Of a DNA stretch of 64,000 bases, positions 1-10,531 are shown one piece after another. The first letter of the stretch is position 1; each line of letters begins with the position of its first letter. The stretch spans positions 1,600,001 through 1,664,000 of the forward strand of contig CBDCJH010000002.1 in NCBI GenBank assembly GCA_965217775.1, read 5' to 3'. The notes below the pieces were generated by a model that was not told where the DNA came from, searched no databases, and saw nothing but the letters and a program-made list of their open reading frames with translations. This stretch comes from Acidobacteriota bacterium (GTDB lineage Bacteria; Acidobacteriota; UBA6911; RPQK01; JAJDTT01). Position numbers and translations under genes: made by a program.

Positions 1-1
1 G

Positions 2-598
2 ATGGAGCCTGGACAGGTCTACGAGCTGGAAGTCGATCTGAAGTATATTTCCTACCTGTTCGAAAAGGGCCACTGCATTCGGGTGAGTGTTGCCAGCGCC
101 GATTTCCAGAACGCCTGGCCCACGGCCAAGCCGGCGGTCAATCAGCTTCACCGCGACCAGCGGTATCCATCTCATATCGTTCTGCCGGTCACTCCTTCTC
201 AGAATCCACGGCTGAGTGCACCGGACTTGAAGCCGTCTCCCCGACCGGCTGCGACGATGGCGGACATCAGCGCGAGCACGCGGCACGAGATCACCCACGA
301 TCTGGTCGATGAAACGGTGACGGCGACTCTGGAGAGAGTCTCGGAGACGGGCCCCGCCCCCGGACTGGCGCATTCCACCTATACGGTTTCGCGGCGCAAT
401 CCCGCGGAAACGGTTCTCAAGGCCCGTTACGTCTACGAAGTCCCGCCTGCGGGGTCCGGAATGACCGTGGAAGCCAATGAATTCCTGACCAGCGATCCGG
501 AGTCTTTTCATTTTCTGAGCCAAGTGGAGGTGACCGTGGACGGCAAGCGCCACTTCCAAAAGGGTTGGAGGGTCAGCGTGCCCCGCAAGCTGAACTGA
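2..598 (+). CDS. CocE/NonD family hydrolase, C-terminal part (5' truncated by window)
   Basis: PepX_C-like motifs (GHCIRVSVASADFQNAWP, YPSHIVLPV); clearly paralogous to the C-terminus of the next gene. Confidence 0.85.
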   Translation: MEPGQVYELEVDLKYISYLFEKGHCIRVSVASADFQNAWPTAKPAVNQLHRDQRYPSHIVLPVTPSQNPRLSAPDLKPSPRPAATMADISASTRHEITHDLVDETVTATLERVSETGPAPGLAHSTYTVSRRNPAETVLKARYVYEVPPAGSGMTVEANEFLTSDPESFHFLSQVEVTVDGKRHFQKGWRVSVPRKLN

Positions 599-642
599 GC
601 GCGACCGGGCCTGAAGCATCCGGACTGCGAAGGAGAGTCATC

Positions 643-2745
643 ATGTGGATCCTGTTGTTCTTGGTCATGATCCTGCCCGCACCCCTGCTGGCAGAGTCCC
701 ACGGTCTGTCGGAACCGGTCTACGAGGGGCAGGTCAAGCTCATCTACCCCCGCGTCACCATGCGGGACGGGGTGGAGTTGGCGACCAAGATCACGATGCC
801 GGACGCCGTGGGCCGGTTTCCCGCAGTCATGATGTACCACCCCTACCGCGGGGTTACGGAACCCAAGCCGGACTATCGTGATGAAAGGCCCATGCTGGTT
901 CCGTATCTGGCGGAACGGGGCTATGCCATCGTCCAATACGACGTCCGCGGCACGGGAAACTCCGGGGGCTGGAGCAAGGACATCTACTCCGACGACGAGA
1001 GGCGGGACGGCTACGAGATGGTGGAGTGGATCGCGCGTCAGCCCTGGTCCAACGGAAACGTGGGCATGACCGGCATTTCCTACGGGGGGGTGGTGCAGTG
1101 GCAGGTGGCGGTCCAGAATCCGCCCAGCCTCAAGACCATCATCGTGCGCTCGGCCAACGACAGCGTCTATACCGAGTGGACCTATCCCGGCGGCTCTCTT
1201 CGGCCCTACATGTTCGACACGTATTCGCCCCTGATGACGGCTTACAACTTCGCTCCACCCGACCCTGAGATCGTCGGTGAGAAGTGGAGCGACATCTGGC
1301 AGACGCGTCTGGAGAACAACCAGCCCTGGGGAATCGGATATATCTCTCACCAACAGGAAGGACCCTACTGGCAGGACCGCTCCCTGTCGGCCGATTACAG
1401 CCGGGTCAAGTGCCCGGTCTTCGTCATCGCCGGTTGGGCCGACGTCTATCCGACGGCCCTGCTGCGAGCCTTCTCCAAGCTGGATGTCAAGCACAAGAAA
1501 GCCCTGGTGGGGCCCTGGAGGCATATCTGGGCCGAGAACGAGAAGGCGGTTCCCGGGCCTCGAATCGACGGCCGGCCCATCATGTTGAAGTGGTTCGACT
1601 ATTGGCTCAAGGGGATCGACAACGGGGTCCTGGACGAGCCTCCGGTGACGGTCTTCGTGCGGGAATACGATCCCCCCTCTCCCGTTATGCCCATCGAGGA
1701 GCCGGGTTTCTGGCGGTCCGAGCTGGAATGGCCTATTGCGCGGGAGCAGCCTACCAAGATGTATTTTCACCCGGACGGGAAGCTGAGCCGGACGACCCCC
1801 GAAGGTTCGGATGGGGAGGGAGACCGTCTTACGTATAAGCCCACCGTGGGGATCACCTCGGGAATTCATTGGGGGGGCGGGATTCTCCCTTGGGGCAATC
1901 CCATCGACCAGCGGGCCGACGAAGCCTACTCCCTGACCTACACCACGGCCCCGTTGGAGGAACCGTTGGAGGTATCGGGCACGCCCCGGGCCCTGCTGTA
2001 CGCCTCATCCACGGCCGAGGTCGCCTATTTCCGGGTGAAGCTGATCGACGTGGCGCCGGACGGAACCTCCAAGCTGGTCCGTTACGGCGGTCTGAACGCC
2101 GCGCACCGGAAGTCTCATTTCGATCCCGAACCGCTGCGGCCGGGAGAGGTGCACGAGGTGCCGGTGGAGGTGAAGGTGATGACCTACGTGTTCGCCCCCG
2201 GGCATCGGGTCCGGGTGGCCATCGCCAACGCGGACATCCAGAACGCCTGGCCCACGGCCCTGCCGGCGGAGAACACCGTCTACCGGAACCGCCGTTACCC
2301 GTCCCATATCGTCCTGCCGGTGATCCCGGAACAGAATCCCAAGCTTCCCGAGCCCGATTTCGTGACCCTGCCCAACGCCGACCCGAAGGTGGCGCTGGAC
2401 CAGACGCGGCCGCTGGAATATTCCATCACCCAGGACCTGGTCGCCGAAACCACAACGGTACGCCTGGGCAAGGAGAGAAAGGGCAAGCGGGGCGACGGCG
2501 AGCAGTACATGAAGCTGCTCTCCAGTTTCACCGTGTCCGAAAAGAATCCGGCGAACGCCGCGCTGAAGGCGGCGGCCACGTTATCGATCACCCGGCCCGA
2601 ATCGGAAGTCAAGATCGAGGCCAACGAGCTGACCTCCAGCAACAAGGCGGCTTTCCGTCATCTGGTGGAGATCGAGATCACGGTCAACGGAAGGAGACAC
2701 TTCAACCGGAGCTGGTCGGTCACTGTTCCACGAAGATTGAACTAG
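643..2745 (+). CDS. CocE/NonD family (peptidase S15) serine hydrolase, secreted
   Basis: Signal peptide after AGGAG RBS; MRDGVELA, DVRGTGNS, nucleophile motif GISYGG, GPWRH, PepX_C domain. Confidence 0.9.
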   Translation: MWILLFLVMILPAPLLAESHGLSEPVYEGQVKLIYPRVTMRDGVELATKITMPDAVGRFPAVMMYHPYRGVTEPKPDYRDERPMLVPYLAERGYAIVQYDVRGTGNSGGWSKDIYSDDERRDGYEMVEWIARQPWSNGNVGMTGISYGGVVQWQVAVQNPPSLKTIIVRSANDSVYTEWTYPGGSLRPYMFDTYSPLMTAYNFAPPDPEIVGEKWSDIWQTRLENNQPWGIGYISHQQEGPYWQDRSLSADYSRVKCPVFVIAGWADVYPTALLRAFSKLDVKHKKALVGPWRHIWAENEKAVPGPRIDGRPIMLKWFDYWLKGIDNGVLDEPPVTVFVREYDPPSPVMPIEEPGFWRSELEWPIAREQPTKMYFHPDGKLSRTTPEGSDGEGDRLTYKPTVGITSGIHWGGGILPWGNPIDQRADEAYSLTYTTAPLEEPLEVSGTPRALLYASSTAEVAYFRVKLIDVAPDGTSKLVRYGGLNAAHRKSHFDPEPLRPGEVHEVPVEVKVMTYVFAPGHRVRVAIANADIQNAWPTALPAENTVYRNRRYPSHIVLPVIPEQNPKLPEPDFVTLPNADPKVALDQTRPLEYSITQDLVAETTTVRLGKERKGKRGDGEQYMKLLSSFTVSEKNPANAALKAAATLSITRPESEVKIEANELTSSNKAAFRHLVEIEITVNGRRHFNRSWSVTVPRRLN

Positions 2746-2760
2746 CGAACCGCCGATCCT

Positions 2761-4671
2761 ATGTTCCACAGCCAGAGGGAGATGAGTTCCATGTCGTGTA
2801 GCCGTAAGATTCCCGTCGTTCCCGTTTCCGCTATTTTGCAAATCCTGATCTTCCTGGTGGGAACGGGCCTGGCGTCGGATACATGGTTCGTGCGGAACGA
2901 CTCCTCCTGGGTGGGCAAGCTCTCGCAGCCCCGATACGACATCCTTTTCGAGCACGACGTCAAGGTGCGCATGCGGGACGGCGTCCGGCTGTCGGCCAAC
3001 ATCTGGCGGCCCAAGGCCGAAGGGAAGTTCCCGGTCATCTTCGTCTACATGCCTTATGACAACACCCGGAAGTCCGAGTTCTTCCAGGGCGACATCATCG
3101 GCCACGCCCAATACTTCGTTCCCCGCGGTTACGTGTTCGCCTGTATCGACGTGAGGGGACGGTACGATTCCGAGGGGGAATCCTACCTGTATTGGGATCC
3201 GAAATGGCGGGAAGGGAAGTTTGATGGACAGGACGTCTACGATTGCCAGACTTGGCTGGGAGAACAGCCCTGGTCCTCGGGAAAAATCGGGATGTGCGGC
3301 GGCTCCTATCTGGGATTCGTTCAATGGATGGGCGCCACCGAGGCGAACCCGTATCTCACGGCCCTGATCCCCTACGTCACTCCCGACGACCATTGGGACA
3401 ACGTCTACCCCAACGGAGCGTTCCAACTCTCCAACAGCCTCAACCTGCTGGCGTTGCTGGGAAACCTGACGGCCAACAACAACGACGGCCTGCGGAACGA
3501 TTTCCTGGACTGGGACAAGTTGTACCGCTACCTTCCCATTCGGACCATGGACCAGGCCATGTTCGGGCAGACGGACATCCTGTGGCAGGACTTGGTGGAT
3601 CACCCGGACAACGACCATTACTGGCGGTTCAGCGTGGGCGATCGTCCCCGGGCCGGGGAGATGAGCGCCGGACAGTACAACAAGGTCCAGGTGCCGACCC
3701 TGAACATCACCGGCTGGTACGACCAAGTCTCCCAGGCCACGATCAACGGTTATCTGGGCATGGTGCGATACGGTCCCGAGGAGATTCGCGACCGGCATCG
3801 CCTGCTCGTCGGTCCCTGGAGGCACGGGGTCGGGCCCCGGGAGGTCGGCGACCTCGACTACGGTCCCGAGGCGGACGTGGACTTCCGCCCCATCGAGCTT
3901 CGCTGGTACGACTACTGGCTCAAGGGCATCGACAACGGGATGATGGACGAACCGCGGGTCGACATCTTCGTGATGGGGGACAACAAGTGGCGCGGCGAGC
4001 ACGAATGGCCGCTCAGCCGTGCCCGGGACACCAAATATTATTTGCACAGCGAAGGGCGGGCCAACAGCCGGTTCGGCAACGGCACCCTGAGCACTGGGCC
4101 CCCGTCGCAGGAACCGGCCGACGCCTTCGTCTACGATCCGGACGATCCGGTTCCGACCTTCGGCGGCAACGTGAGCATGTATCCCTCCACCGGCGGACCC
4201 CGGGACCAGAGGGCCATCCAGCGGCGGGACGACGTGCTCGTCTACACCGGTGAGGTCGTGGAAAGAGAGATCGAGGTCACGGGACGGGTCCTCACCAAGT
4301 TGCATGCCGCTTCCGACACGACCGATACCGACTTCACCGCCAAGCTGGTGGACGTTCACCCCAACGGCTACGCTCAGTTGCTGGCGGAAGGGATCATACG
4401 GGCCCGCTACCGGGACTCGTTCAAGAAACAGACCCTGCTGGAACCGGACAAGGTCCACGAGTACACCATCGACTTGTGGTCGATCAGCCACGTCTTCAAG
4501 CGCGGACACCGGATTCAACTGGAAATCTCGAGCAGCAATTTCCCCAAGTATGATCGCAATCCCAACACCGGGCACAAGTTCGGTGAAGACGCGGAGCTGA
4601 GGAAGGCGACCCAGACGGTTCGTCACGATGCCGGCTACCCGTCGCACATCGTGCTTCCGGTCATTCCCTGA
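2761..4671 (+). CDS. CocE/NonD family hydrolase
   Basis: MRDGVRLSA, DVRGRYDSEG, GGSYLG, GPWRH, SSSNFPKYDRNPNTG; exact start uncertain. Confidence 0.9.
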   Translation: MFHSQREMSSMSCSRKIPVVPVSAILQILIFLVGTGLASDTWFVRNDSSWVGKLSQPRYDILFEHDVKVRMRDGVRLSANIWRPKAEGKFPVIFVYMPYDNTRKSEFFQGDIIGHAQYFVPRGYVFACIDVRGRYDSEGESYLYWDPKWREGKFDGQDVYDCQTWLGEQPWSSGKIGMCGGSYLGFVQWMGATEANPYLTALIPYVTPDDHWDNVYPNGAFQLSNSLNLLALLGNLTANNNDGLRNDFLDWDKLYRYLPIRTMDQAMFGQTDILWQDLVDHPDNDHYWRFSVGDRPRAGEMSAGQYNKVQVPTLNITGWYDQVSQATINGYLGMVRYGPEEIRDRHRLLVGPWRHGVGPREVGDLDYGPEADVDFRPIELRWYDYWLKGIDNGMMDEPRVDIFVMGDNKWRGEHEWPLSRARDTKYYLHSEGRANSRFGNGTLSTGPPSQEPADAFVYDPDDPVPTFGGNVSMYPSTGGPRDQRAIQRRDDVLVYTGEVVEREIEVTGRVLTKLHAASDTTDTDFTAKLVDVHPNGYAQLLAEGIIRARYRDSFKKQTLLEPDKVHEYTIDLWSISHVFKRGHRIQLEISSSNFPKYDRNPNTGHKFGEDAELRKATQTVRHDAGYPSHIVLPVIP

Positions 4672-4722
4672 GAAATCGATTCCGAGAGCGGATATATTCT
4701 CCCTGAAGAGGAGGTCGGAGAA

Positions 4723-5892
4723 ATGCAGAAAACAGCGGATGCGGTAGTGATCGGAGGCGGAATCGCGGGCGCAAGCGTGGCCCATTTCCTGGCCCGGAAG
4801 GGATTCGGAAAGATCGTTCTGCTGGAGAAGGGCCGTCTGGCCGGTGTGAGCACGGGACGGTCAGCCGCCGTGGTCCGGACCTACTACTCCAACCCCATCA
4901 CGGTGAAATTGGCCTGGCGGGCGGTGCAGATGTTCGAGAACGATCGGGAGGCGCTGGGCGGCGATTCCGGGTTTCGGCAGATCGGTTTTCTGCTGCTGCT
5001 GGATGAGGGATGGAAGACGGCCGGTGACCAGATACTGGAAATGGAGAGCACCCACGGAGTCGAGGTCCGGGAACTGGCGCGGGAAGACATCCGGGAACTG
5101 GCGCCGCCGCTGAATCTCGAAGGGGTCGTCCGGGCGATCTTCGAGCCTCGCTCCGGCTGCGCGGATCCGATTCGGACGACGGAGAGTCTCGTGAACGGCG
5201 CCGCGAAATGGGGTCTCAAGGCTCACGTCGGAGTGGCGGCCACCGGCATCACGCTCGACGGCAGCCGCGTCCGATCCGTGGAGACGGAGCAGGGAAGCAT
5301 CGAGACCCCTGTGGTCGTGAATGCGGCCGGGCCCTGGGGCCGGCGGGTGGGACTCTGGAGCGGACTCAACTACTCCGTCCGTTGGAGCCGGGAGACGGAC
5401 CTGGTCGTGACTCAACCCGGCGATTTCGGCTCTCTTCCCGTCATTTCCGACCCCCCGCAGAGAGCGTATTACAAGCCTCACGCGGACAACACGATGCTGG
5501 CCGGACTCGGCTACCCCAAAGAGGTGGAGCCGTTGGACATCGATTCCTACAACGAGGATCTGGACGCGGATCAGCGTGGGCGGATCGAGGACTGCCTGTT
5601 CCGGCGGATTCCCGTGCTTCGGGAGATGGAATACCACCACGGATACGCGTCGATCTATACGATCATGGACGACTGGCATCCGGTGGTGGGACCGGAGCCC
5701 CACATCGATGGCTACTATGCATTCTTCGGCGGCAGCGGCCACGGCTTCAAGATCGGGCCGCCCCTGGGAGAAGCGCTGGCGGACGTCATCGCGGGTGAAG
5801 AACCCGAAATCGACATTCGCCAGTTCCGTCCGTCCCGCTTCCTGGAAGGGGAGATCTTCTCCTCGGCCTGGGGAGGCGGGAATCGAGGTTGA
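4723..5892 (+). CDS. FAD-dependent oxidoreductase, sarcosine oxidase beta / D-amino acid oxidase family
   Basis: GGGIAG dinucleotide motif, STGRSAA, VVNAAGPW, GGSGHGFK. Confidence 0.9.
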   Translation: MQKTADAVVIGGGIAGASVAHFLARKGFGKIVLLEKGRLAGVSTGRSAAVVRTYYSNPITVKLAWRAVQMFENDREALGGDSGFRQIGFLLLLDEGWKTAGDQILEMESTHGVEVRELAREDIRELAPPLNLEGVVRAIFEPRSGCADPIRTTESLVNGAAKWGLKAHVGVAATGITLDGSRVRSVETEQGSIETPVVVNAAGPWGRRVGLWSGLNYSVRWSRETDLVVTQPGDFGSLPVISDPPQRAYYKPHADNTMLAGLGYPKEVEPLDIDSYNEDLDADQRGRIEDCLFRRIPVLREMEYHHGYASIYTIMDDWHPVVGPEPHIDGYYAFFGGSGHGFKIGPPLGEALADVIAGEEPEIDIRQFRPSRFLEGEIFSSAWGGGNRG

Positions 5893-5920
5893 GCGGACCG
5901 AAATCATCTAAGGGGGAACG

Positions 5921-6103
5921 ATGGAACCCGCTAAGACCGAGCCCCGGGAAGAGAAGGGCGAATCCTATCGGTACGACAGCCGGGAGCTCGACCTGATGGA
6001 CCGGGTCGAACTGCCGCGCATGAACCCCTGGTTGAGCTTGGCGCTGCTGGTTCTGGCCGGCTTCGCCTACGTCTGGATCTGGGGAGTGATCCTGCGAGGA
6101 TAA
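5921..6103 (+). CDS. Small single-TM membrane protein, probable symporter accessory subunit
   Basis: RBS, C-terminal hydrophobic helix, ends 3 bp before the symporter start. Confidence 0.65.
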   Translation: MEPAKTEPREEKGESYRYDSRELDLMDRVELPRMNPWLSLALLVLAGFAYVWIWGVILRG

Positions 6104-6106
6104 GCG

Positions 6107-7528
6107 ATGGAAGAGTTCCAGCCCTCCTGGTGGCTGATCGTAACTTACCTCCTCCTGATGTTCGGCATCGGCATCTGGGCGGCTCGAACCAGGGTCGGCC
6201 GGATGGAGGACATGGCCGTCGCCGGCCGCAGTTCCGGGCCCTGGTTGATCGCCTTCTCGGTGGCCGCAACCTGGATCAACGGGACGACCCTGATCGGGAT
6301 CTCGGGCGTCGCCAAAGACTTCGGATTGAGCGCGTACTGGACGGGTGGTTCATTTGTTCTCGCCACCATCTGGATGTCCTACTACGTGGTCCCGCGTCTT
6401 CGGGCCACCCGGATCATCACCGTTCCACAGCTCTTCGAGCGCTTCTACGGCCCCCGGCATCGACTCGTGTCCCTTTCCCTCATCATCCTTCGAGATCTGG
6501 GGGCCACCGCGGGAGTCATGGGGTCCCTCGCCGTCGTCACCTCCAGCATTCTGAACATCTCGCTACTGCAATCCCTGGCGCTGGTGGGAGCGTTGACGTT
6601 GGTCTATGTGTTCCTGGGCGGGATGTGGGCCATCCTGGTGACGGATGCCATCCAGTTCTTCATCGTTTCCATAGGATCCGTAGCGCTGGTGGTGTTCGGC
6701 TTCCTGGGCTCCGGAGGGTTCTCCGTCCTGCAATCCATCGAGGAACCGGACTTTCTCGGCAGCTTCGGCACCGGTGGCCCCAGCCAGGTCATCGCCTGGG
6801 TCATCATCGGCATTTCCATCACCTTCGGCTACCAGAGCGTGATTCAGCGAGGGTTGGCGGCCTCCAGTACGGCAGCCGCCCACAAGGGATTCCTCTACGG
6901 AGGCATCATTTCCACGATCTGGTACATGGTTCCGCCGCTGATCGGCGTCTTGGGACGAGCCCTCTACGGAGCGGACATCTCCGGTGACGACGTGTTCCTC
7001 AGAATGACCTTCGGCGTGGCCGGCGGGCAACTGGGCAGCATCATCATCGTGGGAATTCTGGCCGCCAGCATGTCCACTCTCGATTCCACCATCAACACCA
7101 TCGCCTCCAACTTCACCATCGATATCTACAACCGCTTCCTGAACCCGAATGCGAGTCCCAGGAAGCAGCTCTGGCTCTACCGCCTGAACGTCATTCTGGT
7201 CGGTGTGCTGGCCGCCGCCATCTACTACGTCTTCCCCTTGATGATCGAGTTGTTCTGGCTGGGCGGACGGATCATGGGGGCTTCGGTCGCGCCCGTGGTG
7301 GCGGCGATGGTCCTGTTTCCCAGAGTCAGGCGAGCTCCCAAGACGGTGCTCGGCTCCATGTTGGCCGGGGCCAGCGTGATCATCCTCTACCAGATCCTGG
7401 GAAGCGTGCAGGAAGTGGGCACCATCGTGGTCGTCTGGACCATCGATCCCATTCTGATCGGGGTCCCGTTCACCGTCTCGCTGCTGGTGCTCGGCACCTG
7501 GTGGGAGACGCAACGTCCTAGTTCCTAG
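6107..7528 (+). CDS. Sodium:solute symporter family protein
   Basis: About 13 TM helices; AGRS, GGMWAILVTDAIQF, AASMSTLDS motifs. Confidence 0.92.
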   Translation: MEEFQPSWWLIVTYLLLMFGIGIWAARTRVGRMEDMAVAGRSSGPWLIAFSVAATWINGTTLIGISGVAKDFGLSAYWTGGSFVLATIWMSYYVVPRLRATRIITVPQLFERFYGPRHRLVSLSLIILRDLGATAGVMGSLAVVTSSILNISLLQSLALVGALTLVYVFLGGMWAILVTDAIQFFIVSIGSVALVVFGFLGSGGFSVLQSIEEPDFLGSFGTGGPSQVIAWVIIGISITFGYQSVIQRGLAASSTAAAHKGFLYGGIISTIWYMVPPLIGVLGRALYGADISGDDVFLRMTFGVAGGQLGSIIIVGILAASMSTLDSTINTIASNFTIDIYNRFLNPNASPRKQLWLYRLNVILVGVLAAAIYYVFPLMIELFWLGGRIMGASVAPVVAAMVLFPRVRRAPKTVLGSMLAGASVIILYQILGSVQEVGTIVVVWTIDPILIGVPFTVSLLVLGTWWETQRPSS

Positions 7529-7561
7529 ATCTCGAATTCGTGTGAAAATCGACGACGAATA

Positions 7562-7640
7562 TTCGGTAGGGGCGCCCCTTGTGGGTGCCCTCTTCGGTCC
7601 GATTGGTAGGGGCGCCCCTTGTGGGTACCCTCTTCGGTCC
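7562..7640 (+). repeat. Tandem pair of GTAG-type REP elements (40-bp period)
   Basis: GTAGGGGCGCCCCTTGTGGGT(G/A)CCCTCTTCGGTCC at 7566 and 7606; GTAG tetranucleotide followed by an imperfect palindrome. Confidence 0.85.
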
Positions 7641-7712
7641 AAAGCGGAGCAACACGGGCCCAGACGAAGAGCTCGGGCCTGGAATCAGCCTCACAAGCAA
7701 CGGAGTTCACTG

Positions 7713-8966
7713 TTGACCGCCAAGACCACGTTTCTCATTCTTGCGATGCCGTGGTGGATGATGATGCCTGGAGCGTCGTCGTGGGCGCAGCAGGCCACTG
7801 GCGGCAAGCCCGGACCAATGCTCGACGCCGAAATGCAGGTGGTCGCCGAGTCGCCCGATCCGGGGAAGCTGTTCGTTTACGAACCGGGACTGGTGAAGCT
7901 TCCCAGCGGCAGGCTGTTGGTGTCCTATGAGCACACGTTGATTGACGCGAACGCCGAGGTGCCTCACCGGTTTCGCATAGCCATCAGTGAAGATGCCGGT
8001 CGTACCTGGCGGCAGCTTCCTCCGCTCGATCTGCACTCCGCGCAGCCGTTTGTGCATAAGAGTGAGTTGTATCTTCTTGGAAACCTGGCCATCCGCCGCA
8101 ACATCGTGATCCTGCGTTCCGGCGACGAAGGACGATCCTGGACCGGACCGGTCACGTTGTTCGAGGGAAGCTATTGGAACGCGCCCACCGGAGTCTTGAT
8201 CAAGGAAGGGCGTCTCTACCGGTCCTTCAACCTGCACGAGAACGCCGACGGCACGCCGAATCTGCGGAATTACCAGGGGTGCGTGGTCATCGCCGGGGAC
8301 CTCTCCGGGAATCTCCTGGACCCGGCCGCCTGGAGAATGTCCGAGCGTCTGGACTACCCGGGGACCCCGCGGCTGTTGACCCGTGTGCCGGTTGCCGGAA
8401 GACGCGCGGACCACTGGCTGGAATCCAATCTGGTGGAGGTGAAGGGTGGGATTCTAGGTTTCCATCGGCTCCGCATTCCCGGCGGAGCAGCTCATGGTCT
8501 GACGCATCAATCAACCGCCGGACTGGCCGCGGTCACCAACCTCGTGGACGATGGGAAGACCTTGAAACACACCTTCAGGCAGTTCTATCCGATACCTGGA
8601 GCGCAGAACAAGTTTCACATCATCCGCGACGAACCTTCCGGGTTGTATTGGATGGCGGGCAACATCCCCGTCGACTCGCTGGGGCGCCCCCCGGGCGGCG
8701 ATGATCGGCGGATCCTGATCCTGATGTACAGTATCGATGCGCACAACTGGTTCCAGGCCGGCTGTGTGGCCATGAGCAAGAAGCCTCGCGAAGCTTACAA
8801 CTACGCGTCGCTGCTGCCGGATGGCGATGACCTGCTGCTGGCGGTGCGGACGGCGCTGGGAGGCCGGCATTCACAGGCCAAGAGTACGCACATCACGTTT
8901 CACCGGGTGCGCGGCTTCCGCTCGCTCGCCCTTGATCTTCCCGGCCGCCGTCAGGCCGGTGATTGA
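7713..8966 (+). CDS. BNR/Asp-box (sialidase-like) beta-propeller protein
   Basis: Asp boxes SEDAGRTW and SGDEGRSW; signal peptide; TTG start after GGAG (start uncertain). Confidence 0.75.
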   Translation: MTAKTTFLILAMPWWMMMPGASSWAQQATGGKPGPMLDAEMQVVAESPDPGKLFVYEPGLVKLPSGRLLVSYEHTLIDANAEVPHRFRIAISEDAGRTWRQLPPLDLHSAQPFVHKSELYLLGNLAIRRNIVILRSGDEGRSWTGPVTLFEGSYWNAPTGVLIKEGRLYRSFNLHENADGTPNLRNYQGCVVIAGDLSGNLLDPAAWRMSERLDYPGTPRLLTRVPVAGRRADHWLESNLVEVKGGILGFHRLRIPGGAAHGLTHQSTAGLAAVTNLVDDGKTLKHTFRQFYPIPGAQNKFHIIRDEPSGLYWMAGNIPVDSLGRPPGGDDRRILILMYSIDAHNWFQAGCVAMSKKPREAYNYASLLPDGDDLLLAVRTALGGRHSQAKSTHITFHRVRGFRSLALDLPGRRQAGD

Positions 8967-9116
8967 CACCTGCTCAACGGAGCTCAGACGCCTCTCGCCG
9001 AGCCGACAACATCTGGCCGGCCACGTATTCAAAGGGGTTCGCAGGGGACGCGACGGCCCCTTTTTGCGAGCGTACTACGAAAATCGAATATCGCACAGGA
9101 TCGGGGAGGAGGAGAC

Positions 9117-10220
9117 ATGTTTTCAATTCTGGATGAAGGTGTGCTGTCACACAATCCGGGCACCGGAGCCTTCATTCCCAGCGTGACGCCGCTGAATGAC
9201 GGGACTTTCATCGCGGCTCAACAGGTAGGTAGCGAATTGGGGTCGCGGGACCATCATATCGAGATCCTGCGCTCCGAGAACGGTCGGGATTGGACCAACC
9301 AGGGCAGATTGGACATGCGTGATGGTGAGCGGCCCTGGAGCTATCACAGCGCCCAGGTCTACGAGGTTCCTGATGGGAGATTGCTGCTCAGGGCCAGCCG
9401 GTTCTGGCATCGCGACGACCCGCGGCAGTTCGAGAAGCCCGATCCTGGCATGCCCAGGACCGGCCCCGTCATCCTCTGGACGCGCGACCAGGCCAGGACC
9501 TGGTCGGAACCGCGGTTTGTGGACATTCCTTTGCGCTTCGATGAATACACCCATCACGTGATGGGCAATCTGATCCGGATATCAGACGACCGTTGGATGT
9601 TTCCCATCCAGCTCAATAGCCCCAAGCATCATTACAACGGGCCCAGTCATCACGGGGCAGCACTATTGTTTACGACTGACCAGGGAAAGTCCTTCGGCGA
9701 ATTTACCGTTCTGGCACAAGATCCGGATGGCATTATCGAATATCACGATCAGTTCGGGATTCTGCTGGAGGATGGAAGCCTCTACACGATGCTCTGGACC
9801 ATCGACACGAGAGCCAACGCCGATCTCAACAACCACTGGGTGATTTCAAGGGATGGAGGCAGAACCTGGTCGAATCCCGAGCCGACGAATCTGCGCGGCC
9901 AAGTCTGTGCACCGATCCGACTACCCGACGGCAGAATCGCGGCGGTGTACAACTACCGGCATGAACCGCAAGGTATTCATCTTGCTCTCGGACGCGATCT
10001 GTCCACCTTCGACACGGAAAACGAGATTGCCATTTTTCTGGCCGGACGGGAATCCATGGTCGGCAAGCCGAAGGATGAACATTTTCTGTCCAGGAACGAA
10101 AAAATCGCCTTTGGACGGCCCAACGGCGTCCAACTGCCAGATGGCACGATCTTGATCTGGTTCTGGTGTACGACTGATGGGGTCACCCATACTCGATGGG
10201 CAAGGGTTCAACTCCCTTAG
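9117..10220 (+). CDS. Sialidase-like BNR-repeat protein
   Basis: Asp boxes SENGRDW, TDQGKSF, SRDGGRTW; GGAGG RBS; similar in layout to 26372..27520. Confidence 0.8.
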   Translation: MFSILDEGVLSHNPGTGAFIPSVTPLNDGTFIAAQQVGSELGSRDHHIEILRSENGRDWTNQGRLDMRDGERPWSYHSAQVYEVPDGRLLLRASRFWHRDDPRQFEKPDPGMPRTGPVILWTRDQARTWSEPRFVDIPLRFDEYTHHVMGNLIRISDDRWMFPIQLNSPKHHYNGPSHHGAALLFTTDQGKSFGEFTVLAQDPDGIIEYHDQFGILLEDGSLYTMLWTIDTRANADLNNHWVISRDGGRTWSNPEPTNLRGQVCAPIRLPDGRIAAVYNYRHEPQGIHLALGRDLSTFDTENEIAIFLAGRESMVGKPKDEHFLSRNEKIAFGRPNGVQLPDGTILIWFWCTTDGVTHTRWARVQLP

Positions 10221-10228
10221 CCAAAATG

Positions 10229-10310
10229 CTAGTACGACTTGGCGTTGCGGATCCGGATTCGCAGTTGAACAGGCGGGCCGGCCAACGCACTGACATCGCT
10301 CTTCCCGCGG
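10229..10310 (-). pseudogene. Orphan 3'-end fragment of the beta-propeller gene family
   Basis: About 80 bp closely matching 12145-12224; encodes RGKSDVSALAGPPVQLRIRIRNAKSY. Confidence 0.75.
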
Positions 10311-10531
10311 TCAGGTCTGCTCGCAAGACGGTGCTCGCGTCTACGCCGGACCCGATAGATCGAAGTCGCTCCTGATTGGAGGCTCGATCGTAGCGGGTCG
10401 GGCGGAAGTTGGAGCCCCCAAAGTCGGAGCAGAGAAGAACACCCCCAACTCCCGAATCGAGGTCGGATCCCTCGGTTCGATCGCCATCGAAGATCCGCCC
10501 ACTCTCGGTTCACATCGGGCGAAGGATCCGG

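Noticed and set aside
7542-7712. N-terminal extension of the 7542 ORF and the EEGTHKGRPY ORFs
   Set aside because: They read through the REP doublet; the real start is probably near 7713
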